DNA from: Candidatus Yanofskybacteria bacterium
GTDB lineage: Bacteria > Patescibacteriota > Minisyncoccia > 2-02-FULL-40-12 > IGHO2-01-FULL-4-A
Assembly (NCBI GenBank): GCA_016181175.1
Contig: JACOZV010000002.1
Span: 64,115 to 128,114, forward strand
DNA: 64,000 bases
Reading direction: 5' to 3'
Shown: positions 17,509 to 27,858 of the stretch, in pieces
Layout: the number at the start of each line of letters is the position of its first letter
How positions within the stretch are numbered: position 1 is the first letter of the stretch
Program-made: the position numbers and the translations under genes
Notes under the pieces: model-generated
The model's database searches: none
What the model was told of the DNA's origin: nothing
What the model saw: only the letters and a program-made list of their open reading frames with translations

Positions 17509-18577
17509 TTATTCCTCCGCCTAGAGCTTCTTGACCACGATAAAATACGGCTGATTGGCCTGGCGTTACAGCTTTGGCGGGATTTTTGAAACTCACAGTC
17601 AATCCTTTACCATCGGCAGTAATTGTTGCCGGAAGTGATTTACTGCGGTACCTGATTTTAACAAATACTTTTGCGGGTAATTTGGGTTTGTCGGTGACCC
17701 AACTTAGTTTTGTAACTCGCGTATTTTTAGATAGGAGTTCTTTATCACCTGTTTGTTTGGCCACATAAATAATATTTTTTTTGATGTTTTTACTGACTAC
17801 AAAATAAGGTCCTTGCCCGTCCTTTATGTCTAGACCGTGACGTTGGCCAATAGTGTAATAAAAAACGCTGTCATGCTGGCCAAGAATTTTACCTGTTTCA
17901 GACAATATAATATTTCCCGGTTTAGGCTTTATGTAATTTTTCAAAAACTCTTTCATATCCAACTGGCCCACAAAGCAAACGCCCTGACTATCTTTTTTAT
18001 TGTGATTGGGCAATCCGAATTTTTTAGCTAATTTTCTGACTTCCGGCTTTGTATAATCTCCAATTGGGAAAAGGCAATATTTTAATCGTTTTTGTGTTAG
18101 CGTCCATAAAAAGTAAGACTGGTCTTTGTTTTGGTCTTTGGCAGTACGTAGCACGTAGTCCGCAGTATGTGACTTACTACGTTCTGTCTTTCTGATATAG
18201 TGTCCTGTCGCAATATAATCCGCTCCTTCGGCCAATGCTTTTTTGAGGAATAAGCCAAATTTGATTTCCTTATTGCACATTACATCGGGATTGGGGGTTG
18301 TGCCTGTGCGGTAAGAGTTAATCATGTAACTAACGACTTCTTTTTCATATTCTTTTGAAAAATCCCAAGTTTTAAACTCGATGCCGATTTTTGAAGCCAC
18401 CCTCATGGCGTCTCTCCTGTCCTGTTCCCAGTTGCAGTAATTGGAAGCTGGCGGAGCCCATGGTTTAAAAAAGACCCCAGTCACATTATGGCCTTGTTTT
18501 TTTAAGAGTGCAGCCGCGACAGAAGAGTCTACGCCTCCCGACATTGCCACATAAACTTTGATTTTAGCTACTTTCAT
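17501..18577 (-). CDS. mnmA: tRNA-specific 2-thiouridylase MnmA
   Basis: PP-loop SGGVDSSVAAALL, plus conserved Cys and a C-terminal beta-barrel region. Confidence 0.9.
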   Translation of the reverse strand: MKVAKIKVYVAMSGGVDSSVAAALLKKQGHNVTGVFFKPWAPPASNYCNWEQDRRDAMRVASKIGIEFKTWDFSKEYEKEVVSYMINSYRTGTTPNPDVMCNKEIKFGLFLKKALAEGADYIATGHYIRKTERSKSHTADYVLRTAKDQNKDQSYFLWTLTQKRLKYCLFPIGDYTKPEVRKLAKKFGLPNHNKKDSQGVCFVGQLDMKEFLKNYIKPKPGNIILSETGKILGQHDSVFYYTIGQRHGLDIKDGQGPYFVVSKNIKKNIIYVAKQTGDKELLSKNTRVTKLSWVTDKPKLPAKVFVKIRYRSKSLPATITADGKGLTVSFKNPAKAVTPGQSAVFYRGQEALGGGIIK

Positions 18578-18651
18578 AATTAAATTATTTTACAACTTTT
18601 AATTAATTTTGTCACTTTATGCAAAATAAAACGGCTGTTTGCCGCTTTTTG

Positions 18652-18840
18652 TTACTCTTTCTGGTTGTGGCAGTTTTTTAAATGATCGTCTGTAGAGCCA
18701 TGCCTTATATCCCTTCCACAAAGTCCGCACCTAGAACAGCAGGCCATCACGTGTTTAATCATATTACTACTCCTATGGCAACCGCACCAGCATTGGTGCG
18801 GACATGATCCAGTAGCACAAACTAATGATTCTTCAGACAT
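18652..18840 (-). CDS. Cys-rich small protein (62 aa, 12 Cys)
   Basis: MSEESLVCATGSCPHQCWCGCHRSSNMIKHVMACCSRCGLCGRDIRHG. An AGGGG SD lies 9 nt upstream. Same strand as mnmA, 75 nt upstream of it. Confidence 0.45.
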   Translation of the reverse strand: MSEESLVCATGSCPHQCWCGCHRSSNMIKHVMACCSRCGLCGRDIRHGSTDDHLKNCHNQKE

Positions 18841-18913
18841 TCATACCCCTGTTTTTTTAAACATCTTTAACTCCAGTTAAATTATAGTAATTTTTGGAAA
18901 CAACAACAAGACC

Positions 18914-18942
18914 TTGCATTTCTTTTGGGTTTATGTTATAAT
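18914..18942 (+). promoter_or_regulatory. sigma-70-type promoter (TTGCAT-17-TATAAT)
   Basis: The -35 is TTGCAT (18914-19), spacer 17 nt, -10 is TATAAT (18937-42). It points through MITE copy 2 into the DUF1059 gene. Confidence 0.6.
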
Positions 18943-19004
18943 GATTTTGGTCGAATTAAAACAGATTATATATAGTCTATTTGAACAAAATACAAATTAT
19001 GAAT

Positions 19005-19114
19005 CCCGTTAGAAACAGCCCTAGCGGGTTCATAAAGATAAAGTATATTTTTAACAAGCCAGTACGGTAAAATATAAGCCAAACTTATGTTTTACTGTTA
19101 CTGTCTCTAACGGG
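19005..19114. mobile_element. MITE-like element, copy 2 (110 bp; TSD ATGAA)
   Basis: Ends cccgttagaaacag / ctgtctctaacggg. The interior is related to copy 4 (shared agccctaNcgggttcat and aaaacttatgt blocks). Flanks are ATGAA(t) and ATGAA. The right end abuts the ATG of the DUF1059 ORF. Confidence 0.7.
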
Positions 19115-19312
19115 ATGAAAACTTTAACATGCAAGGATTTAGATCCTACTTTGGCTTGTGATTATAAAGCCACGGGTATGGATGAAACAGAGGTCATGCA
19201 AAACATGATGACTCATGCCAGAGAAGCTCACGCCGACAAAGTCGGCGGCCTGACAGATGAGCAAATGACTGATATGATGACGCCGCACATCAAAGATGAA
19301 GCTGCGATGTAA
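19115..19312 (+). CDS. DUF1059-family small protein
   Basis: MKTLTCKDLDPTLACDYKATGMDETEVMQNMMTHAREAHA matches the MKxFxCxD...C DUF1059 pattern. Confidence 0.65.
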   Translation: MKTLTCKDLDPTLACDYKATGMDETEVMQNMMTHAREAHADKVGGLTDEQMTDMMTPHIKDEAAM

Positions 19313-19360
19313 TCTCAAATCAAAACCCGCCGATGAGGCGGGTTTTGATTTGAGATTACA
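19307..19360. terminator. bidirectional terminator within a 23-bp perfect inverted repeat
   Basis: gtaatctcaaatcaaaacccgcc gatgag ggcgggttttgatttgagattac. A GC core stem with A and T flanks. It serves the convergent genes on either side. Confidence 0.75.
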
Positions 19361-20636
19361 AACTATTACCAATATCTGCAAAAAGATTTAAATTTTTGAT
19401 TGCCTGGAATTTTTTTAAATAATTTAAGGTTTCCAGCCTGAATATTTTCGTGGTTTGCGGAAAATCTAATTGTCTGCTTAACCATGCCAGGCCATATTTA
19501 TTAACCGATTTAATTACTCTGCCTGGCCCGCCATTGTAAGTAGCGGCTAACATTTCTTCGGTAATGCCAAAGGATTTTATAACATCCTGTCTTGTTGTTT
19601 TATCTGCTATTTCTTTCCTGTGGCTGTCAAAAAAAAGTACCATTGCTTTGATTGCGTTAATATGATTCGCCATACCCGAATTATAGTTTTTGATTAATTT
19701 TGCTTTTGGATATCTACTTACCATGTTGTCATATGTTGATTTAATAAACTGGGCCAATCCGGATGCTCCGGCCGGAGAGCCGGTATAACGGTAAGCAAGC
19801 TCTTGGTTGGCTCCGATTACTGCAAGTACGCGCTCGCTTAATTCCTGCCCGCCGTCTGTAGCACTTGAAAAAGAATCGGGGTCAACATGCTCAACAACGA
19901 TGATGTTTCTTACTAAGTCTTTACTTATGTTTTTCGTTACTAATGTTCCGGGTAGGAATCGAGACGTAACTTTATCTGTTTCTAATTCTGCGAAAGCTTG
20001 GTCAATATTTTTCTCGAGGTATATTTTACCAGTCTCAATAGTTTCAACTATATGAAGCCGTTTGGAATAAGGGGCGTAAACTATATCCGTGTACTGACTT
20101 TTTGATTTTTCCGGCAAACTAGCGAGATATTTGCTAGGAAAAAGGTATTTATTGGCTACCACAATTAATTTTGGATGATCCGGTATCTCATAAAAAGTGT
20201 TAAAACTGTTCCACCATTTTACGTTGATGTTGATTTTTTTATCGTTATTAATCGGCGCAATGTAGCACGTCACGCAGGGTTCAAGCGTGATAACTCCGGT
20301 TTTTTTATAATTTTTAATATCTTGCTCCCTGACCCATACTCTTTGTTCAAAAATATCGCCGCTTTCGGTGTCTAATAGCGCAAACGCTATTTGTTTTCGT
20401 ACCAGTTCGCTGGTTGGTTTTTTATTTTTGGTTTCAAAAATAAGAGGCGGCGACTTCCTCAATAAATCCATTCCTTCTTGGATTTTTTGTAAAATAGAAA
20501 AACGGGGCGCATGACCAGCAGGAAGTATTACGGCCGGTTTGTTTATAACCGTTATTTCTCCGGCATAATCAAAATTTATCCAGCCAAAAAAACCTGAAAG
20601 CATTACTGCCGCTACTAAAAAATAAAAATACCTCAT
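19356..20636 (-). CDS. secreted protein with lytic-transglycosylase-like (SLT) motif
   Basis: N-terminal signal/TM. The C-terminal region GSPAGASGLAQFIKSTY resembles the SLT catalytic-site region (ES...GAxGLMQ). Confidence 0.5.
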   Translation of the reverse strand: MRYFYFLVAAVMLSGFFGWINFDYAGEITVINKPAVILPAGHAPRFSILQKIQEGMDLLRKSPPLIFETKNKKPTSELVRKQIAFALLDTESGDIFEQRVWVREQDIKNYKKTGVITLEPCVTCYIAPINNDKKININVKWWNSFNTFYEIPDHPKLIVVANKYLFPSKYLASLPEKSKSQYTDIVYAPYSKRLHIVETIETGKIYLEKNIDQAFAELETDKVTSRFLPGTLVTKNISKDLVRNIIVVEHVDPDSFSSATDGGQELSERVLAVIGANQELAYRYTGSPAGASGLAQFIKSTYDNMVSRYPKAKLIKNYNSGMANHINAIKAMVLFFDSHRKEIADKTTRQDVIKSFGITEEMLAATYNGGPGRVIKSVNKYGLAWLSRQLDFPQTTKIFRLETLNYLKKFQAIKNLNLFADIGNSL

Positions 20637-21946
20637 AAATTTTGTTCAATAATTGCAGCTTTTCTTTGGACGCTATTAGCATAATTGACACAACCTGATT
20701 TTGTGCTTGCACTATTTCCGCAGTAATATCTTTTTGATGCGGCTATTTCACCGGCCCGAGTTTTACTGTCAGCTCCGTCGCGAGCAAGCTTGGCTGCCGC
20801 CGCAACAAATGCGTCTTCTATGCTCCAGGGATTCGCAGGATTATGACCGGTCAGTCTGGATACTTCTTCCCTATATCCCATCCAGGTAGACGGAATAAAC
20901 TGGGCCGGACCCATGGCGCCTCCCCAACTAGAGCCGCATGAAATAGGGGTTTGAAAAGGATCTTTACCTAGTTCCGTGGTAATATTTAGAAATAAAGCAA
21001 GGTCTCTTGTTGGATGTATGCCCTTAGTGTAGATTTGGCCATTTGTAATCCTGCGCGTAGAACCGCTTGTCTTGTCGATTATATAACATTTCCCGACATT
21101 GCCTCCTAGCACGCTTTCCTGTTCAAGTTCAGCAAGTAAAAAAGCTGGACGGATGCCTGCTCCTATGGCGGCAAGATTACCATATTTGATTGCTTCTTCT
21201 ACTGAAATGCCATTTTGTATCAAGTATCCAATCTGGTCTTTTATTGCTTGAATATCTTTTTGGGATTTTTTCACTAATTCCTGGTATTTTGACTCCTGAC
21301 CCTTGGTATCTTTTAAGAGCTTGTTTTTTTGATTTTTTGTTTGATCTAGAGTATTCTTTTCCGCCTGTTCAAGATTTTTTAATTTTTCAAGATCATTTTT
21401 TTTACTGAGCAAAGCTTCCTCTTTTTGTTCCAGGTCAGCTTTGAGGTCTTTGGTGCCGACGATTGTTGTCCGTAAATTATTTTGAGTGTCCTGTAGATTT
21501 TTTAAATTATCAAAAAAATTGGAGAGCGTCGCGTGCTTGAGAAGCACCTCGGTGAGATTTTCCTGGTCAGCCTGATAAAGTATTCTGATATATTTAGCCA
21601 GAGCAATTTTGTGAGTATTAAGTTTGCCTTGAGCAATTTCAATTTGTTCCTGTGTGTTGGCGGTTTCTATGCCGGTCTGCACAATGGCTATTCCAAGGCT
21701 TTTGATTTCAAGTTGGACCTTGTTTATTTGGGCGTTAAGACTGCTTATCTCACCGGACAAAGTTCTTGCCTTCTGACTGTTTGCGTCAATCTGTCGCTGG
21801 TATTCGTCAATCTGGCGCTGTATTTCTTCAATTTGTCGATTTCGCGCGTCAATTTCTTCCTGTAAGTCGGCGCTGGTATCTGAAAATGGCCAAAAAATGG
21901 CCAATAGCAACATGATAACTGACAAAATAATAACCCTTTGGGTCAT
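20633..21946 (-). CDS. coiled-coil protein with C-terminal lytic murein transglycosylase domain
   Basis: Signal peptide, ~230-aa heptad-rich coiled coil, then LAELEQESVLGG...GPAQFIPSTW, the MltB/SLT_2 family signature. Confidence 0.65.
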   Translation of the reverse strand: MTQRVIILSVIMLLLAIFWPFSDTSADLQEEIDARNRQIEEIQRQIDEYQRQIDANSQKARTLSGEISSLNAQINKVQLEIKSLGIAIVQTGIETANTQEQIEIAQGKLNTHKIALAKYIRILYQADQENLTEVLLKHATLSNFFDNLKNLQDTQNNLRTTIVGTKDLKADLEQKEEALLSKKNDLEKLKNLEQAEKNTLDQTKNQKNKLLKDTKGQESKYQELVKKSQKDIQAIKDQIGYLIQNGISVEEAIKYGNLAAIGAGIRPAFLLAELEQESVLGGNVGKCYIIDKTSGSTRRITNGQIYTKGIHPTRDLALFLNITTELGKDPFQTPISCGSSWGGAMGPAQFIPSTWMGYREEVSRLTGHNPANPWSIEDAFVAAAAKLARDGADSKTRAGEIAASKRYYCGNSASTKSGCVNYANSVQRKAAIIEQNL

Positions 21947-21988
21947 AGGGTTATTATAACAAATTCAGGATAAGTTTTTAAGTGTAAA

Positions 21989-22414
21989 TTAAGGATTGAT
22001 CACAATCTGACCGTTAACGGATGGTTTGAGGTGATCGTGCCAAGGACAAGTTTTGGCTTCGTTGAAAGTAAAAGAATACGACTCGCCGTTGTTTATGCCG
22101 TGAAGCGCGTCAAAGCCGGGGCAAATTTGGTGTGTCGGGTGCATGCCCGATGCTGGCCAGTGCGGAATACTATTGTCATTGATAAATTTAATCGTGTCAC
22201 CAACTTTTATATTAATCGTGTTTGGAGTAGCCGTCCCGTTAGTAAAAGTGATAATGACGGTTTGACTTGATGGCATTATACTAACCGTCGGGGTGGTATT
22301 TGCGCTGGTCATAGGCATTTCGGTCGTATCCGGCGCGATTGTAGGTTTTTGCTTTAAAATTAAAACAGCCAATACTAGACCAATTCCTATCACAATTATT
22401 AGTGCAGTTTTCAT
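21989..22414 (-). CDS. secreted cupredoxin-like protein
   Basis: Signal or TM segment plus HWPASGMHPTHQICPGF...CPWHDH, possible Cu ligands. Tentative. Confidence 0.4.
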   Translation of the reverse strand: MKTALIIVIGIGLVLAVLILKQKPTIAPDTTEMPMTSANTTPTVSIMPSSQTVIITFTNGTATPNTINIKVGDTIKFINDNSIPHWPASGMHPTHQICPGFDALHGINNGESYSFTFNEAKTCPWHDHLKPSVNGQIVINP

Positions 22415-22462
22415 TATTATAGATTAGCATGAAACAATACAAAATGCTAATCTGATTATACT

Positions 22463-23842
22463 GTGATTATAAAAATAAAAAAATATCTTTTTGGATCAAT
22501 TTTCCGACGCGGCGCAACACTTTTGACGTTCTTAACCTTGGGCAGTTACGTCCTCGGATTGTTGCGGGACATATTGTTTGCAAGAGTTTTTGGCGCTTCG
22601 CGCTTACTGGACGTTTATAACGCGGCTTTTATTATTCCCGACCTTCTTCTAAATATATTTGTTGCCGGTGCCTTGACGGCGGCATTTGTTCCCATATTCA
22701 CCCACCTTTATGCCCACAATGAGGATGCTGAAGCTGAAAAAGTCGCGACCACAATGCTGGTTGCCGCGCCGTTCATTCTCTTGATTTTAGCCATTCCGGT
22801 TTTTATTTTTATGCCGCGTTTGGCAGACATCATTACTCCCGGATTCGCTTTTGAGGATAAAGAATTGTTAGTGTTAATGGCACGTCTTTTATTGCTGTCA
22901 CCTATAATTTTTGCCGTTTCCAATACGTTGGGCAATATTCTCATTTCTTTTGAAAGATTTTGGGGTTATGGGCTAGCGCCAATTTTTTATAACCTGGGTA
23001 TTATTATCGGCATTCCGCTTGCCAAAATGTTCGGGCCACTAGGTTTAATTGAAGGCGTAATTATAGGAGCATTATTACATCTTGCTGTTCGTTGGACCGA
23101 CATCGCGAAGAGCCGTTTTCAGTGGAGATTTACGACTCGCCCCGCACCACAATCTTCATGGATTTCAAGATTGTGGTGCGGGGTACAATGGCGCCATCCT
23201 GAATTCCGTAAAATTCTCAAGCTTATGATTCCACGCATGGCCGGTCAGCCGATTGAGCAAGTTACTTTTTTCATTTTTACAAATATAGCTTCAACATTGG
23301 CCGTAGGTTCAATTGTGGTGTTGAGTTTTGCCCGTAATTTTCAAAGCGTTCCAGTTAGCTTGTTTGGCATAGCATTTTCTACTGCTGTTTTTTCTTCTCT
23401 TGCCAAAAAAGCCGCCCTTGGAGATCGGGTCGGCTTTTTATACCATTTACGCGAAACTGCTAAAGTTTTGGGGATCATGACTGGCTTATCCGTTTTATTT
23501 TTCTTTTTCTTTGGGGAATGGGTAGTGCGCCTACTTCTTGGCGGCGGTCGTTTCCTTGAATCAGATGTGTTACGCACCGGCCAGCTCCTTGCCATCTTTG
23601 CTTTCGCAATCCCAGCCGAGAGCTTCATGCACCTCATCGCCCGCTCATTTTACGCGCTTAAGGATACCTGGACTCCGCTTTTTGTTACCCTGCCGGGCTT
23701 GGCCATAATTGCTATCTTGGCTAAATTACTGCTTCCCGTTATGTCACTTAATGCATTGCCGTTTAGCTATTTTATAGTGCTTACTGTTGAGGTGGGGCTA
23801 TTAACTTTGATACTCTTACAGAAACTGCGCAGATTAAACTGA
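22463..23842 (+). CDS. murJ: lipid II flippase MurJ
   Basis: GATLLTFLTLGSYVLGLLRDILFARVFGASRLLDVYNAAFIIPDLLLNIFVAGALTAAFVP is the MurJ/MviN N-terminal signature. Multi-TM. Confidence 0.85.
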   Translation: MIIKIKKYLFGSIFRRGATLLTFLTLGSYVLGLLRDILFARVFGASRLLDVYNAAFIIPDLLLNIFVAGALTAAFVPIFTHLYAHNEDAEAEKVATTMLVAAPFILLILAIPVFIFMPRLADIITPGFAFEDKELLVLMARLLLLSPIIFAVSNTLGNILISFERFWGYGLAPIFYNLGIIIGIPLAKMFGPLGLIEGVIIGALLHLAVRWTDIAKSRFQWRFTTRPAPQSSWISRLWCGVQWRHPEFRKILKLMIPRMAGQPIEQVTFFIFTNIASTLAVGSIVVLSFARNFQSVPVSLFGIAFSTAVFSSLAKKAALGDRVGFLYHLRETAKVLGIMTGLSVLFFFFFGEWVVRLLLGGGRFLESDVLRTGQLLAIFAFAIPAESFMHLIARSFYALKDTWTPLFVTLPGLAIIAILAKLLLPVMSLNALPFSYFIVLTVEVGLLTLILLQKLRRLN

Positions 23843-23846
23843 AATT

Positions 23847-24629
23847 TTAATTGGGATAAACAACGACAATGGTTTTTCTGCCAGTTTTAACGTATTCTTC
23901 CGGGTTTGCAACATCCCAGCCGTCACCTCCGGTAGGAGCATCGTGAATTGCATTAAATAAAACCTCGTCATCGTAAACATAATTCTGCCCTCGTTTTGTT
24001 CCTACGTCATTAGTAATAAAATCGCCGTCTTTGGTGACGCCTTTGATTACAAGCATATGATAAACAGGTCCAGGCTGGCGATAATAAGGATTTCCAGCCA
24101 TTTGCCCGGCAAGTGGCACTATAACAGGCCTGCCGGCCAGAATATGCGATTTAATGGTTTCTATAGATATATCATTCAAGACATCTACCTTTTTATAACC
24201 AAAATATTCACGCAACATTATTGATGTTTCTTTTGCGGTGGTATGAAAGTAATAACCGAATCTCTTTTTCTGCCATTCAACCAGTTTGAGTATCTCTTTG
24301 TCTGCAATTTCGGGCGTAATCGTTTCATTTTTATAAAATTTGTCCACCAAAATCGCCGAAGTTTCTTCGCACGACTCTTGATAGGGCAAACTCCAGTCGG
24401 CATATGGTGCCTGTGGTGAAAACGGCACGGCAAGATTTATGCCAGCAAAATCAATAATGGTTCCTGAAGGTGAGACCAAAGGAGTTTGGGTTATAACAAT
24501 TCTTGTTTCTTCTGGCAAACTTTGTTTTTTAACAAAATCACTAAAAGTCGGCCAAAATAGATGTTTAAAGGAAATAAACGCAAAAACCGCTAAGATAAAA
24601 ATTGTGGCAAACAAGATGTATTTTTTCAT
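23847..24629 (-). CDS. secreted C39-like (papain-fold) peptidase domain protein
   Basis: Signal peptide. Candidate Cys in LPYQESCEETSAILV and His in PVYHMLVIKG in the order expected for Peptidase_C39_2. Tentative. Confidence 0.45.
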   Translation of the reverse strand: MKKYILFATIFILAVFAFISFKHLFWPTFSDFVKKQSLPEETRIVITQTPLVSPSGTIIDFAGINLAVPFSPQAPYADWSLPYQESCEETSAILVDKFYKNETITPEIADKEILKLVEWQKKRFGYYFHTTAKETSIMLREYFGYKKVDVLNDISIETIKSHILAGRPVIVPLAGQMAGNPYYRQPGPVYHMLVIKGVTKDGDFITNDVGTKRGQNYVYDDEVLFNAIHDAPTGGDGWDVANPEEYVKTGRKTIVVVYPN

Positions 24630-25585
24630 TTTATTGGGTTTGTTTTTTTAAAATTTTCAATCATAGAAATATCACTGGGGTCTGTGCCGTAGTCTTTGGC
24701 AAGAAAGTACGAGGTCCACATGGCGGTCAGTACGCTAGCGAATGATTTGTGCCACAAAGACGGGCCGGTAACACTGGCCGCCAGAATAGTGAATCCCCTA
24801 TCCTCAAAAATTTTCTTTGTTGCCGTTATTCTTTTTTGAATTTGGGGTGCATCGTCGGGGTCATCAAGAAAAATAAAAGCAAAATCTTGGTTTAATTTGC
24901 CGCTGAATCCTACCATTTCGTTATGATTTAGCTCCGGCACAAAATTATAAAATGCCGGAATTTTAGCCGTTTCATTAAAACTGATTTTCCAATACCTTGC
25001 CAATCCGGCATTTGTCCCTGAAGAATAAATGAGAGGCATTTTATCTTGTAATTTTTCTGCCAATTTTTTACCTATTGTTTCATAATCTTCAGTAATAAGA
25101 GATTCGACCAGTTCGCTCATATCATTCAGTATAGATTCTTCACCCATAGCTTTAAGTGTTGCTCTAATACTATAGCCAATCGCAAAACGCGGATTATTAT
25201 TAATTGAAGGAAAATTAATGTATGGGACATTGTTTTTTTGCGCTAGTTCCAATAATTTGCCGCCCGTTGCAATCACAATTAAAGGCAATTTTCTCGCCAG
25301 AGCTTCTTCAAAACCAGATATCGTTTCTTCCGTGTTGCCTGAATAAGAACTCGCTATAACCAGATAATCTTTTAATTCAGTTTCTTTAATATCTGGTAAT
25401 CCGTAATCCCTATGAATAATAATATCCAGCTTGGGCTTCCAGCTTTTGATAATTCCCGTCGCCAAATTAGACCCGCCCATCCCGCAGATAATGTATTTAT
25501 CATGTTTCTGAAAACTGCCGGCGTTTTCAATAAGCGGTTCGTAATCTAGTTGTTGCGGCAAGTTTTTGATTATTTCTTTTAACAT
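24626..25585 (-). CDS. bifunctional phosphoglucose/phosphomannose isomerase (SIS domain, archaeal-type)
   Basis: Size ~320 aa. The GMGGS motif and SIS-domain layout are typical of the PGI/PMI family. Confidence 0.7.
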   Translation of the reverse strand: MLKEIIKNLPQQLDYEPLIENAGSFQKHDKYIICGMGGSNLATGIIKSWKPKLDIIIHRDYGLPDIKETELKDYLVIASSYSGNTEETISGFEEALARKLPLIVIATGGKLLELAQKNNVPYINFPSINNNPRFAIGYSIRATLKAMGEESILNDMSELVESLITEDYETIGKKLAEKLQDKMPLIYSSGTNAGLARYWKISFNETAKIPAFYNFVPELNHNEMVGFSGKLNQDFAFIFLDDPDDAPQIQKRITATKKIFEDRGFTILAASVTGPSLWHKSFASVLTAMWTSYFLAKDYGTDPSDISMIENFKKTNPIK

Positions 25586-25611
25586 AATTTAATTTTATCA
25601 AAATTATTGAA

Positions 25612-25644
25612 AAGTAAAAGGGGCAACCAGTTGTCGGTTGCCCC
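25612..25644 (-). terminator. intrinsic terminator of groESL
   Basis: ggggcaacc agttgtc ggttgcccc is a 9-bp stem followed, on the minus strand, by TTTTACTTTT. Confidence 0.7.
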
Positions 25645-25663
25645 TTAAGGGAAAATGCAGAAA

Positions 25664-27298
<1,635 letters not shown>

Positions 27299-27371
27299 TT
27301 AATTTCCAATTTTTAATTTTTAAACATTAGAAATTATTTATAAAATTATAAAATTAAAAATTATAAAAAAA

Positions 27372-27659
27372 TTATTCTATAATCGCTAATATGTTTTCTT
27401 CTTTTGCTATCAAGTATTCCTTGCTGTCAATTTTAATCTCGTCGGGTCCGTATTTGGTAAATAAAACTTTGTCGCCTTTTTTGACGTTCATTTGAATTTT
27501 TTTGCCACTCTCATCCATGCGTCCCGATCCGACTGCAATTATTCGGCCTTTTTCCGGTCGTTCCTTGTCTACGGTTTCAGGTAAAATAATCCCGCCCTTC
27601 TTTTTTTCTTCATAAAGCGGTTCTATTAGAACGCGGTCTCCCAATGGTTTAATTTTCAT
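27372..27659 (-). CDS. groS: co-chaperonin GroES
   Basis: MKIKPLGDRVLIEP...GGIILPETV. 95 aa. Confidence 0.95.
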   Translation of the reverse strand: MKIKPLGDRVLIEPLYEEKKKGGIILPETVDKERPEKGRIIAVGSGRMDESGKKIQMNVKKGDKVLFTKYGPDEIKIDSKEYLIAKEENILAIIE

Positions 27660-27771
27660 GCAAATTTGTCAAAGCGCGGTGGAGCGTAGCGGAACGAGCA
27701 TCGGCTAACAAATTAATATCATCTGTTACCATGCTCGGCTTCGCTATGCTTGTCTGCGCGTGGACAGCTAT

Positions 27772-27798
27772 TTAGCACTTAAGGCTCTAAAGTGCCAA
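27772..27798. promoter_or_regulatory. CIRCE operator (HrcA site) upstream of groES
   Basis: TTAGCACTT-aaggctcta-AAGTGCCAA, compared with the consensus TTAGCACTC-N9-GAGTGCTAA. Confidence 0.65.
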
Positions 27799-27858
27799 TA
27801 CACTATAATTGCAAAAAACAAAAACCCCGTCAAGGGGTCTTATTTATTTGCTGCAGTT

